DNA of 64,000 nt. Origin: a virus. Under the pieces are notes generated by a model. It worked only from the letters and a program-made list of their open reading frames with translations, made no database searches and was not told the DNA's origin. The translations under genes were made by a program, and so were the position numbers. The stretch is taken from IMG/VR virus record IMGVR_UViG_3300046170_000391; one strand, written 5' to 3'. This document shows positions 38,616 through 48,018 of this stretch, in pieces; the stretch's first letter is position 1, and each line of letters begins with the position of its first letter.

Positions 38616-38644
38616 ATTATATAAGAAGTATAGTAAGTATGCAA
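38616..38644 (-). promoter_or_regulatory. sigma70 promoter TTGCAT-N17-TATAAT for the aaRS-like/tRNA unit
   Basis: Exact spacing; 5'UTR hairpin GCGCAGG..TCTGCGC. Confidence 0.75.
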
Positions 38645-38665
38645 ACATAATTTAATTTTAAATAC

Positions 38666-39760
38666 TTACTCTGGTAGTTGATATAGTCTTATCACTTGTT
38701 TTGTAATGTACTGTATTTCATCGTCTGTTAAGTGTGGATTTATAGGAATTGAAAGAGCATGTTTTGCAAAATACTTAGAGTAAGGTAGTTCTTTTTTATC
38801 TTCAACCCATTTAAGTTCTGAAAATACATCGGGATAATGACATTCTGAATCTATGCCTACTTTTTGAAGTCTTTGATACATCTCAAACTTATCATCTACT
38901 TCAATAACATATTTATGAGTATTATTTTCAGAATACCTAGGAGAAGGACGAAATTTCACATCATGTTCATAAAACTGAGTATCATAATAGTCCCATATTT
39001 CAAGTCTTCTTTTTTGCCAAGCATCAACCCAGTTAGTAGCCGACCAAATCTGAGCAGCCTTATCTTCTTCTGGCACTGCGTTGATTCCTGACGACACCCA
39101 CTCAGATCTTCTACTATACTTGCCATGTTTACGTAAAGATAAAAGTTTAAAATATTTTGAAGTATCATTTAAGAGCACTGCTCCAAAAGTGCCTAAGCTA
39201 GGAATCGGTTTGTTTTCTGCAAAAGAAATACAAGCAATGTCACCTCTACTCATAGGTTCTTCACCTTTGTAACGACCAAGGTAGCTTTGTGAAGCATCAT
39301 TTATATGTATCAAACCATACTTATTACATATATAAGAGACTTCATCAATATCATAGGAATCTCCATATAACCCAGTACCTGTTATAGCTTTTGTTTTAGG
39401 AGTGATAAGTTTTTCAATTTTATCTGTATCAATTAAACCAAATCGATCTACATCACAAAAAATAGGAGTGGCGCCTGAATTAATGACATAGGTTAAAGAA
39501 GCCATGCAACTATAACCTGTAATAATTACTTCATCACCTGCCCCTATATCATTTACTAATAGTGCTAAATGTAATGCTTGAGAACCGCTTCTTACTAAAA
39601 GAGCGTGTTTTCTATCTGCAATTTTTTGTAAATAGTGTTCAACCTTATTAGTATAAAACCCATTAACAGTTTTTTCAGAACCAGAGATTACTTCAAGGCT
39701 ATTGAAATAGTCTTCTTTTATATCTTGAAAACGTCTTGCTAGGTTATATGTATGAATCAT
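38666..39760 (-). CDS. DegT/DnrJ/EryC1/StrS sugar aminotransferase
   Basis: SGSQALHLAL, GDEVI, NDASQS, SFAENK, SIPINP. Confidence 0.9.
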   Translation of the reverse strand: MIHTYNLARRFQDIKEDYFNSLEVISGSEKTVNGFYTNKVEHYLQKIADRKHALLVRSGSQALHLALLVNDIGAGDEVIITGYSCMASLTYVINSGATPIFCDVDRFGLIDTDKIEKLITPKTKAITGTGLYGDSYDIDEVSYICNKYGLIHINDASQSYLGRYKGEEPMSRGDIACISFAENKPIPSLGTFGAVLLNDTSKYFKLLSLRKHGKYSRRSEWVSSGINAVPEEDKAAQIWSATNWVDAWQKRRLEIWDYYDTQFYEHDVKFRPSPRYSENNTHKYVIEVDDKFEMYQRLQKVGIDSECHYPDVFSELKWVEDKKELPYSKYFAKHALSIPINPHLTDDEIQYITKQVIRLYQLPE

Positions 39761-40200
39761 GCTAGTGCGCGAATACGTTCTACCAATCGATCAGCACGTT
39801 TAGTAACTTGCTTGTACCAACGAGAATCAACCATCTCATCAGCTGCTGTACTCCATTCACGAGCGTCTACTCCGCGTTTCATACCCTTAAATTTAGACAA
39901 ACGAGGTCTACCCATATTAAACATCATATTTGCAATTACTCGTTGAGCTTCTTCCGGCAAATCATCAAAGTCTGGGTATAGGGTGTGGCAGTCTGACACG
40001 ACTGTTTTGATATCTTCGTTGAAGGCCTCAACGCATCTATCGTTACTGACGGCTGTACCAACTTCCCATCCGTGTTCAGGATCAGACTCCCTAACAAGAT
40101 GACCAATGCCAAAAGTAGGCAAACCGAGATGATCCAAATAGATCTTTTCCACGTTTCCTTCATCATATTCAATCTCTTCTCTTAATTTTTCAATATTCAT
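39757..40200 (-). CDS. T4-type lysozyme (GH24) endolysin
   Basis: DEG..YLDHLGLPTFGIGH, NMMFNMG, DSRWYKQVTKRA; start revised to MNIEKL. Confidence 0.9.
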   Translation of the reverse strand: MNIEKLREEIEYDEGNVEKIYLDHLGLPTFGIGHLVRESDPEHGWEVGTAVSNDRCVEAFNEDIKTVVSDCHTLYPDFDDLPEEAQRVIANMMFNMGRPRLSKFKGMKRGVDAREWSTAADEMVDSRWYKQVTKRADRLVERIRALA

Positions 40201-40324
40201 AAAATTTTTCCTTTTTAAATAAATTTCTGTACAAACCTGATTGATTGTAGTATTTAAATTTGTACACTTTTTAAAAATAAACAAGATTAATACACAACTC
40301 TACGTTTTACTTTTTTATTTTGTA

Positions 40325-41035
40325 TTAATCATAATTCTTTTTTACATGAGCATGATTTTTGTACCAATCTTCTCTATCTTTTTGCATTTCTGCACGTTTC
40401 TTCTTTGTTTTACGTAGCTCTTGTTTATCTAACCAAGTAACTTTAGAAGTCCAAGTATCTCTACGAACAGGTATAACCTGACATATAGGAGTGCCAGCAG
40501 GAATAATTACTTCCGGACCTCCTGCTTCTAGCATTGAATGGATAAAAGGTATATTTACTATATTATCAAAAGTATCAGTATCCACAAGCCCTGTAAGAGG
40601 AATAATAGGATTATCAAGCCTGTTTAGAGGAGGTAAAAATAGTAATGAGTAGTCTTTTGGGGTTTCAATTCGCCAAGGATTCATCCACTTGAGAACTGTA
40701 AATGATTCCATTGGAGATCCGGGTATCTGTCTCATAGGATGAGTCTCGATTGGGGGCCATTTAGAGATAAGTATTTTGTGCTTTTCATCAATGAAATCTA
40801 GCTTTAAAGACAAATCAGAAAGTTGTCTAATAACAATATCAACATGGTTGAGAAGCATATAACCAGCAGTCATTGCATCCAAAAACGGTACACATTTTTT
40901 AACTGTTTGGTCGCCATCATTCCAAGCTGGTGTTTTTTTAAACCAGTCTGGTACTGTGCGTTTAGTAGGAATTGGGGGAAGTACAATTTGATCAGGAAAA
41001 TCCTGCATTAAATGAAATTTGATTAGTTTTTTCAT
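40325..41035 (-). CDS. conserved phage protein (dUTPase-like fold, DUF6065-like)
   Basis: TVKKCVPFLDAMTAGY, PWRIETP, GLVDTD, IPAGTPICQVIP. Confidence 0.6.
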   Translation of the reverse strand: MKKLIKFHLMQDFPDQIVLPPIPTKRTVPDWFKKTPAWNDGDQTVKKCVPFLDAMTAGYMLLNHVDIVIRQLSDLSLKLDFIDEKHKILISKWPPIETHPMRQIPGSPMESFTVLKWMNPWRIETPKDYSLLFLPPLNRLDNPIIPLTGLVDTDTFDNIVNIPFIHSMLEAGGPEVIIPAGTPICQVIPVRRDTWTSKVTWLDKQELRKTKKKRAEMQKDREDWYKNHAHVKKNYD

Positions 41036-41193
41036 GCAGAAGCAACATTAGTTGGAGTAAAAAAAGTAGAAGGAACTTCCTCAGATGTAGTACCACAATC
41101 GCAAATATCACAACCACACGCACCGTTCTCGCAACAGTCCCACGCACAATGGCAGTTACATCCGCATTTCTTACAATTCTTCGTTTCGATCAT
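41032..41193 (-). CDS. 53-aa Cys-rich metallothionein-like peptide (not in ORF track)
   Basis: MIETKNCKKCGCNCHCAWDCCENGACGCDICDCG...; ATGA overlaps at both ends. Confidence 0.7.
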   Translation of the reverse strand: MIETKNCKKCGCNCHCAWDCCENGACGCDICDCGTTSEEVPSTFFTPTNVASA

Positions 41194-42278
41194 GCAGCTA
41201 AACTTTCGGGTAAATGAATTAGGGGATTAGAAGGATTAACACCTAAAAACTTGCCCCATTCTGCATAATAATGACGCATACCAACTTCGTCATGAATAGT
41301 CGAATTCTCATGTCTACCATGTAGTATGTTTCTTGATTCTGTTCCCTCACGCATCGTAGTACCCTGCCCAGCAACGCCAATAAGGTCTTCGTGTAGATTA
41401 CGACCAAAAGGACCCCAGATGGAGTTGTGATGTTTTATGCGTGTTTGTCTTTCTTCTGGTGTATCTTTTCTTAGTCCATATCCACGAAACTCAATAAGAA
41501 CTTTATTAGGACCAAGGGGTGTTACCGAGTCTGAACGATATGCGCTCCCACGGAGGTTAAAATTGAATCCTGGGAAGAGGTCAACCATGTACCACTGGTT
41601 GGGCGGCAGATTGGGAAAAGATAGTTCCCCGCGATCTTCAAATCCATCATACTCTTCATAGTTAACAGTAAAGCTGCTAACATTAACATGACCATTATCA
41701 AAAGGAATATTCTTTCTAGCGAAATACTCATCGTTAAATCCTGACACTCTGTTGAAATAATGCATAAAGTCATGATAGAACTCGCTGTTAGTATCATGCC
41801 ATAATTTATAATTAGTATCTATAATAGCTTTATGATAATGAAATACTTCCATTTCTTCAGTATCAATGGCATCTGCAATACAATCAAATGCACCTGCTGT
41901 CCATTCATCTACGCTTTGTGTAGGATTAGGATCAAGTGTTACCCAAACCATTCCACCATGTTTTACTTCACAGTGTAGTTGTGGTTCGACTGTTACGATT
42001 GGTGCAGCGACTGTACCAGATGGAGAATTAAATCCATGATTACAATATGCCTTAACACCGTCTTTGGTATTTACTGCAATCACATTCTGTCCAGCAATCT
42101 GTGTGGTTCTATAGTTGCCTTCATTGTACATCTCTGAGATATGACACATAGGAACCCAAACTTTACTAAAGATCATTTCTTGTTCTGCTAGATAAACATC
42201 GTGACTATTATAACAGTCACTACTAATATATTCAATTTTCGGTAATTTAGTCCAATTGTTATGGTTTCTTGGTGCCAT
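41190..42278 (-). CDS. ring-hydroxylating oxygenase alpha-subunit homolog with truncated Rieske domain
   Basis: EQEMIFSKVW, NYKLW..EFYHDFMH and EDL mononuclear Fe site; second CxxH absent; start revised to MAPRNH. Confidence 0.75.
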   Translation of the reverse strand: MAPRNHNNWTKLPKIEYISSDCYNSHDVYLAEQEMIFSKVWVPMCHISEMYNEGNYRTTQIAGQNVIAVNTKDGVKAYCNHGFNSPSGTVAAPIVTVEPQLHCEVKHGGMVWVTLDPNPTQSVDEWTAGAFDCIADAIDTEEMEVFHYHKAIIDTNYKLWHDTNSEFYHDFMHYFNRVSGFNDEYFARKNIPFDNGHVNVSSFTVNYEEYDGFEDRGELSFPNLPPNQWYMVDLFPGFNFNLRGSAYRSDSVTPLGPNKVLIEFRGYGLRKDTPEERQTRIKHHNSIWGPFGRNLHEDLIGVAGQGTTMREGTESRNILHGRHENSTIHDEVGMRHYYAEWGKFLGVNPSNPLIHLPESLAA

Positions 42279-42660
42279 CTTCGTTTCCTTCTTCCATTGC
42301 TGATTCATAATAAATTATGATTTCATTTTGTTGATCAATAAAACGTTTAATATCTGCTATGTTAAGTGCTAAATTTTCATAATCTTTTATAGCTAAAGCG
42401 ACATAAGCTAACTCACCATTTTCTTCTGTAAAATCTTTTACAAACTGGTCGTAGTTATCTTTATTAACCACATAAACTCTAGTATCAACTAGCTGGAGTG
42501 GTTTGGGCCTTGCTACTACTGGTACTGTTATTTTCTGAGTCTGAGTTACTACCTTGACTTCCTGTTCGGGGATCAGGCTGCAACCAGTTAGGAAGAGGCT
42601 TGCTATCACTACTGCCAGTGCTTTCCATGAAGTCTCTCCAAAGTTTAGCTGTTGCTCCAT
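42259..42660 (-). CDS. o-spanin (Rz1-like lipoprotein)
   Basis: Lipobox FLTGC; starts inside the i-spanin gene in another frame. Confidence 0.75.
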   Translation of the reverse strand: MEQQLNFGETSWKALAVVIASLFLTGCSLIPEQEVKVVTQTQKITVPVVARPKPLQLVDTRVYVVNKDNYDQFVKDFTEENGELAYVALAIKDYENLALNIADIKRFIDQQNEIIIYYESAMEEGNEDGTKKP

Positions 42661-42976
42661 TCATTCTACCTTCTAAATTTGCAGCATCTCTAAGAGCATC
42701 TGCAAGTAAATCTAATTCTCTGAGTTTTTGACGAAGATTATCTCCGTATGCTTCGGCCTTTTGCAAATCAGTCTGAAGCTGAATAGTCAGTTGTTGATTT
42801 AGCTCTGCTTGTTGAGTAAGTGTTGCAATACTTTGCTCACTGATCATAGCAGCTGTTTCTAATTTAGCATTATTTTCAGTTAAAATACTAATGCGAGTTT
42901 GCGTGATAGTATAATACCAATAGCCCATGCCTAATATCGCTATTAAAACGCCAATTAGAACCTTACTAAGCATCAA
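42485..42976 (-). CDS. i-spanin (Rz-like)
   Basis: N-terminal TM plus coiled coil; overlaps o-spanin. Confidence 0.72.
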   Translation of the reverse strand: MMLSKVLIGVLIAILGMGYWYYTITQTRISILTENNAKLETAAMISEQSIATLTQQAELNQQLTIQLQTDLQKAEAYGDNLRQKLRELDLLADALRDAANLEGRMNGATAKLWRDFMESTGSSDSKPLPNWLQPDPRTGSQGSNSDSENNSTSSSKAQTTPAS

Positions 42977-43318
42977 TTAGCCTTTTCTATGTTTCTGACC
43001 TTTTGGAGGCGACTTTTTAGATCCTGAAGGTCCAGCCCAATAGACTTTATTAGCCCAGTAAGCTGCTGACATTTTTCCTTTGGCGATGTTGCGGGCGTGG
43101 CGTGCTTTAAAAGATTTTCGTGCCTCTGGAGAGTAGTTATGCCCCATTGAAGAGTCTCCAAAATGTATGACTCGCACTTTATCTCCTTCTTTTGCCAAGA
43201 CCATGCCTTTTTTCTCTGCTCTGTCTGATCTTCGTGGTTTATTGAATCCATCAAATGTCTTCCCTCTATAATTGATTTTTCCGCTAGGAGTCCGTTTTAG
43301 TCCTGGAATCTTTGCCAT
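42977..43318 (-). CDS. small basic protein
   Basis: FNKPRR..VIHFGD..RKSFKARH..SAAYWA. Confidence 0.7.
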   Translation of the reverse strand: MAKIPGLKRTPSGKINYRGKTFDGFNKPRRSDRAEKKGMVLAKEGDKVRVIHFGDSSMGHNYSPEARKSFKARHARNIAKGKMSAAYWANKVYWAGPSGSKKSPPKGQKHRKG

Positions 43319-43576
43319 CTTTATATCTCTTTTCTATATCACATACAATTTGCCATTGACGATGTGTCAGTTGTGGGTACTTTGTTTGCGCATTTACACA
43401 ACCTAATATAAAGGATTTTTCAGCATCGGTCAACGACTGATTATCTAAAAAGTCCTTTAATGGTTTCTTAATTCTTCTTGTCATCGTTAGGTATATCATA
43501 TATGAAGGGATCTAATTTTATAATCTCTTTTTTCTTACGCTCAAACTCACGATTGAACTTCCATTCGTTGTATTTT

Positions 43577-44083
43577 TCAAGCAACCAGTTTAAGAACATG
43601 ACTATCTACCTCCGGGGTTACACATACAGTGACTCTAAAATCTTCACTTAAATTAAATATGCGGTGTTCTACACCGCTTTTTATTAAATAACTCATTCCT
43701 TGCTTATAAGTATATTTTCCGTCATCTTTAAATTCGATAAAGCTATTATCTGTTTTTATGGCTGCTATCATAGAAGAACTAAAAGTAACGGTGTCAGACT
43801 TATCTACATGCCAAGGTATACTACTTTTTGGGGCCAGAACAGAAAGATATAAAGTTTTGATGCCTCCTATCTTTAATGACTTTGACCATTTTTCGATACT
43901 CGGAAAATGTTTCATCATAGGCGATGTTTGAGAGTTATGTATGAGATCAAAAGATTTCCACTTTGGGTTGAAGTAACGTTCTGCAAATAAGTGATTTCCT
44001 AATTTATAGAAATACATCACCCGTTCAATATCAACACCTTCAAGTTTAGGTACTGGTATTTCTTTGCAGTTTGTCAAACTCAT
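43577..44083 (-). CDS. Asp/Asn beta-hydroxylase-like Fe(II)/2OG dioxygenase
   Basis: IPWHVD ... EHRIFN..R. Confidence 0.75.
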   Translation of the reverse strand: MSLTNCKEIPVPKLEGVDIERVMYFYKLGNHLFAERYFNPKWKSFDLIHNSQTSPMMKHFPSIEKWSKSLKIGGIKTLYLSVLAPKSSIPWHVDKSDTVTFSSSMIAAIKTDNSFIEFKDDGKYTYKQGMSYLIKSGVEHRIFNLSEDFRVTVCVTPEVDSHVLKLVA

Positions 44084-44741
44084 CTCTCCTGTTCTTTAAC
44101 AAAGGTAAAAAGGGAACAGCACTTTTTTCAAAAATAATCGGATCATCGTTTTCAACAGTCATAATAATTGCTATATCTTGAATTCCTGTACCATACATTT
44201 CATTATGTGCAACAGCGTATGCACAGCCTTGAATATAGTAGTCCGTAATTTGCTTTTGATTCTTTTTCTTTTTTGATGTTTTAAAATCAATAATTGTAGG
44301 CTTGCCTTTCCATATACCTACCATGTCTGTTCTTCCTGCATAGCGGTATTTATTAGACCATAGTACTTGTTCTTGTCCCCAAACTTCTTCAACACCTGTT
44401 TCAGTAGCTCTAATAAGATTAGCGGTCATAGATCTAACATCCAACTGTAATGTCTTGATTTCTTCCCAGACGTCTTCTCCGTTGAAGTGTCTTTCAGCAA
44501 GCTCATGAACAAGCGTGCCTCTATCCGTAGCAAGTTTAGAAATGCGTGCAGCTTCTTCTTCACCAACTTTATCCTTCCATCTTTGTAACCAAGTTTGATC
44601 TGATGTCTTACCTAGTATAGTTGTAATAGATGGGTAGGACCCATCAGGGGTATGATAAGTTCTACCAGTAGGTAATGTGTCTGTGTCTACTTCAGTTAGA
44701 TACTTGAACTTCTCTTTTGTAATCTTCCACTGTGTTAACAA
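44046..44741 (-). CDS. PD-(D/E)XK exonuclease
   Basis: YPSITTIL, RGTLVH, E..AGRTD, IIDFKTS, Q..AYA. Confidence 0.88.
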   Translation of the reverse strand: MLTQWKITKEKFKYLTEVDTDTLPTGRTYHTPDGSYPSITTILGKTSDQTWLQRWKDKVGEEEAARISKLATDRGTLVHELAERHFNGEDVWEEIKTLQLDVRSMTANLIRATETGVEEVWGQEQVLWSNKYRYAGRTDMVGIWKGKPTIIDFKTSKKKKNQKQITDYYIQGCAYAVAHNEMYGTGIQDIAIIMTVENDDPIIFEKSAVPFLPLLKNRRDEFDKLQRNTST

Positions 44742-46059
44742 TAGGTTTTCCTTTTGCGTTTAAACTCGTGTTTATCAGTATGGGGTATCCATATTGTCTG
44801 GTTATCTCTAGTACTTTCCAAATATAAGCATTTTTATTGCGACTAACTAGTTGAAGACGAGCTGATTTATCATGAGTAGTAAAATTACCTCCAATAATAT
44901 CAGCAACAAATAGCATATCATGACTAGGCTGATAAATCTTAAACCACGTATCAGCTTCTTCTTCTTGACAAATAGGGGCATAAGGCCTCCAGGAATCTGT
45001 ATCACGTTTCTTAATTTTGTTTAATTTTTTAATATTATCATTTGTAGGAATACAGAGCAAGCTACGATTACCTAATGCACGAGGCCCAAACTCAGCCTTT
45101 CCCTGTATAATAGGAACAATTTCTCCTTTTAGTAATCTTTCCGCCGCCTCATCTGTAGTGACATCATTAGTATCGGTTATCCCTAAATAAGCACTCTCCC
45201 ATAAAGGTCTACAAATTAATGCCGCTGCTCCTAAAGCACACCCTGCATCTCCTGCTGCAGGTTGTATCGCTACTGAATCAAATCCTGAGTGTTTTTTTAT
45301 TTTAGTATTAGCGACACAGTTTAATGCTACTCCTCCTGCATATGCTAAGTTTTTCATACCAGTTTCTTGTTGGAGCCACGTAGCCAACGCAAGAAGAACA
45401 TTTTCAGTAACTCTTTGAACTGAAGCAGCAACATCCCAATCTAAAATACCGTAACCAACACCACGTTCAAGGTTATGCAATAGAGTGTAATCTCCATCCG
45501 CATTCCAATCTATTATTTTTTGATTTATCCAAGGTAACCACTTCGGCTCTCCATGAGCAGCTGCTGCCATTACTTGAGACTCATCACAAAGAGGTTTAAG
45601 TCCCAAGAAACGAGTAGCACTAGAGTAAAATAAACCAATAGAGTTTGGATACATAAACCTTTTAATCCATTCAATTTTGCCATTTTGATAAACTCCTAAA
45701 GATGTTGAATATTTACCTCCTACGGTATCTACCACCATAACGGCACACTCATACCAATCAGTCAAAAGGACAGAGCTCATAGCATGTGCTTCATGATGAT
45801 CTACTAAAACAGGTTGAGCTTTAGTAATCTTTTTAATTTCTGATTTAAAATCGTTGTAAGTAGACTCTTCATAAAAAGCAGCAAACTCAAAGTCTTCATA
45901 TACATCTTGCAACCATTTTACTGTATTATGAGGGAAGGATTTATCATATTTTTTACGAGTAAAACGTTCCTCATGAGAAGCACCAACTATTGAAGTATCT
46001 TTTATAAATGCTGCAGCGCTATCGTGGTGATAACAGCTGACTCCTAGTATGTTCATCAA
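44692..46059 (-). CDS. carbamoyltransferase (NodU/CmcH family)
   Basis: HDSAAA, EERFTR, HHEAHA, GGVALN, EFGPRALGNRS, NTSLN. Confidence 0.92.
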   Translation of the reverse strand: MMNILGVSCYHHDSAAAFIKDTSIVGASHEERFTRKKYDKSFPHNTVKWLQDVYEDFEFAAFYEESTYNDFKSEIKKITKAQPVLVDHHEAHAMSSVLLTDWYECAVMVVDTVGGKYSTSLGVYQNGKIEWIKRFMYPNSIGLFYSSATRFLGLKPLCDESQVMAAAAHGEPKWLPWINQKIIDWNADGDYTLLHNLERGVGYGILDWDVAASVQRVTENVLLALATWLQQETGMKNLAYAGGVALNCVANTKIKKHSGFDSVAIQPAAGDAGCALGAAALICRPLWESAYLGITDTNDVTTDEAAERLLKGEIVPIIQGKAEFGPRALGNRSLLCIPTNDNIKKLNKIKKRDTDSWRPYAPICQEEEADTWFKIYQPSHDMLFVADIIGGNFTTHDKSARLQLVSRNKNAYIWKVLEITRQYGYPILINTSLNAKGKPIVNTVEDYKREVQVSN

Positions 46060-46594
46060 AATACCTATTAAAAATTGAAGTTAAATCTTTTTTAGATTTA
46101 CTCATAAAATTTGGTTGATTTATGAAATCAACAAAAGCCCATCTATAATTATCTACTATGGGTTGAATTCTATGTACCATGAAACAAGGAAAATATAACG
46201 ATTTACCAGGTTTAGGGTATATTCTTGCTATAATTTCTTCCGGCTCTGGAGCAGAAAAATCTGTTTGAAGTACTCTAGATTTTTCAGGATTCCAAGTACC
46301 TATTTCAAAAGGTTTACCTTCTGTTAAGTAGATTATATGTGTCCAGTATCTTTGCGGTCGAGAGGTACTTAATTTACTATTTGTGTAATCTAGATTATCA
46401 AAATGCCACTCGTACCCCTCACCAGGCTTTAGAAGAATAGCTACTTTTCCTGCTACATCACATCTCCATTGATGACCGTAGTTATAAAAGTTTTTATCAC
46501 AATATTCTACAATTCTGCTTGCGCTCTTAGCGATTTTCTCGTTAAACCCAATTTCGACTGCATCTCTCCACTTACCTGCAATGAAATCTTCCAT
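46019..46594 (-). CDS. Fe(II)/2OG dioxygenase (prolyl-hydroxylase-like)
   Basis: YEWHFD, IIYL, FPCFMVHRIQP..R. Confidence 0.78.
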   Translation of the reverse strand: MEDFIAGKWRDAVEIGFNEKIAKSASRIVEYCDKNFYNYGHQWRCDVAGKVAILLKPGEGYEWHFDNLDYTNSKLSTSRPQRYWTHIIYLTEGKPFEIGTWNPEKSRVLQTDFSAPEPEEIIARIYPKPGKSLYFPCFMVHRIQPIVDNYRWAFVDFINQPNFMSKSKKDLTSIFNRYFDEHTRSQLLSPR

Positions 46595-47151
46595 CTTTCG
46601 TATACCTCCAAGGCTAACTCGTCACAAAAGTTATTATGCCCAAGTTGATTCATATGACCCCTACCATCTGGGTATTCTTTAACGTAGTCTCTTAAGTAGT
46701 GTCTCCAAATACAAGGATTTTGGGAAATCATGTCGTTATCAATAACATTAGGCCTATAAATAGGAATAAGTAATAAGTTATCTGGAGTGGCGTCTCCTAG
46801 CACTGCTTTTATAAACAAAGCATTAGTTCGCCAATACCAAGGCATACGAGTAATTTTTTTGAACCAAAGATCTTGAACTAGTTTACCCCACACATCTCCT
46901 TCGCCCCACTTATAGGGTAATAAATAATCTCCTGTTCCTCTAGGATCTGCTCTATGATGATGTCCAATAAGCCAAATTACACGATATTTATTGACAAGTT
47001 GGTTATTTATAATGTATTCTGCTTGTGCATCTAAGGTTACACCAGCTTTTTCCCACCTATTTTTTAGTCCTAAAATATCAAACGCGGGATAAGGGGCTTC
47101 GTCACTAGGAATAGACCATGAATTACCTACTACAAAAATTTCGCTACTCAT
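46507..47151 (-). CDS. SGNH-like protein
   Basis: VVGNSWS ... GHMNQLGH. Confidence 0.5.
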   Translation of the reverse strand: MSSEIFVVGNSWSIPSDEAPYPAFDILGLKNRWEKAGVTLDAQAEYIINNQLVNKYRVIWLIGHHHRADPRGTGDYLLPYKWGEGDVWGKLVQDLWFKKITRMPWYWRTNALFIKAVLGDATPDNLLLIPIYRPNVIDNDMISQNPCIWRHYLRDYVKEYPDGRGHMNQLGHNNFCDELALEVYERWKISLQVSGEMQSKLGLTRKSLRAQAEL

Positions 47152-47809
47152 GCTAATAGTATCCTGTGGAGATAGTTTTACTCAAGGAGAGGGCTTAAGT
47201 TTACGAACTGAAGCTTATCCTTATCTAGTCGCTAAGAGGCTCAAAGCAAGTATTAAAAACTTATCTCAAAGTGGAGCGTCTGAATATCTTATTACATCAC
47301 AAATTGAGCAGGCTGTCAAGTTAAAACCTGATTTAATACTTATAGGTCATACGAGTGAGTATCGTTGGGAGATTTGGGATTACAGAAATAATATCAATCA
47401 AGGATTTCTTATCGCCAACCATGTATTACAAAATGAAAAATACTATAGAAATTGGATATTTTCAGAACAAATACTAGCAAACCGAAGGAGCGATGATCAA
47501 AAACACAAGGCAGCTTGGCACGCTGCAGGAATGTTATATTTTTCAGATGAAGCATTAGTTCGAAGACTATGGAGCGGTGCCGTATCAAAACAAATTCTTT
47601 TGTGCCAAAGGGCTAATATACCTGTAATTCATCACTGTTGTTTTCCTCATTTACATCCATATTTGAAGGAATTAACAGACGATTATGTAGAATTTCATCT
47701 TGATTTAGAGAAACATAAAGACTTAGCCCCTGACGGATCACATGCAGGGGCGTCTAGTCATTTTAAATTAGCAAAAATGCTTATGAACAGGCATCTACCC
47801 ACTCTTTAA
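47150..47809 (+). CDS. SGNH-like (DUF6071-type) protein
   Basis: GDSFTQG, NLSQSGAS, DGSH. Confidence 0.65.
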   Translation: MLIVSCGDSFTQGEGLSLRTEAYPYLVAKRLKASIKNLSQSGASEYLITSQIEQAVKLKPDLILIGHTSEYRWEIWDYRNNINQGFLIANHVLQNEKYYRNWIFSEQILANRRSDDQKHKAAWHAAGMLYFSDEALVRRLWSGAVSKQILLCQRANIPVIHHCCFPHLHPYLKELTDDYVEFHLDLEKHKDLAPDGSHAGASSHFKLAKMLMNRHLPTL

Positions 47810-48017
47810 TTTCATCCCATTTTTCCTCTTCTTCTTCAAGAGAATTTTTGCGAACAATAGTTGCTACCTTAGTAATAGTAGCGACAGGTAAGCCATACTC
47901 AGTTTTAATATCCTTTTTTAGTTCTGCAATAGATTCTCGGATTGATTCTGCTTGAATCATCAAGTCTACAATACGTGAAATTTCTTTTCTTACTTCTTGT
48001 TTTAGTGCTGGTTCCAT
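47781..48017 (-). CDS. DsbA/GapR-like dsDNA-binding protein
   Basis: Helical pattern IRESIAELKKDIKTEYGLP..I.K...I; start revised to MEPALK. Confidence 0.6.
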   Translation of the reverse strand: MEPALKQEVRKEISRIVDLMIQAESIRESIAELKKDIKTEYGLPVATITKVATIVRKNSLEEEEEKWDEIKEWVDACS

Positions 48018-48018
48018 T

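Noticed and set aside
44046-44741. Cas4
   Set aside because: Lacks the Fe-S cysteines and any cas context; typical phage PD-(D/E)XK exonuclease.
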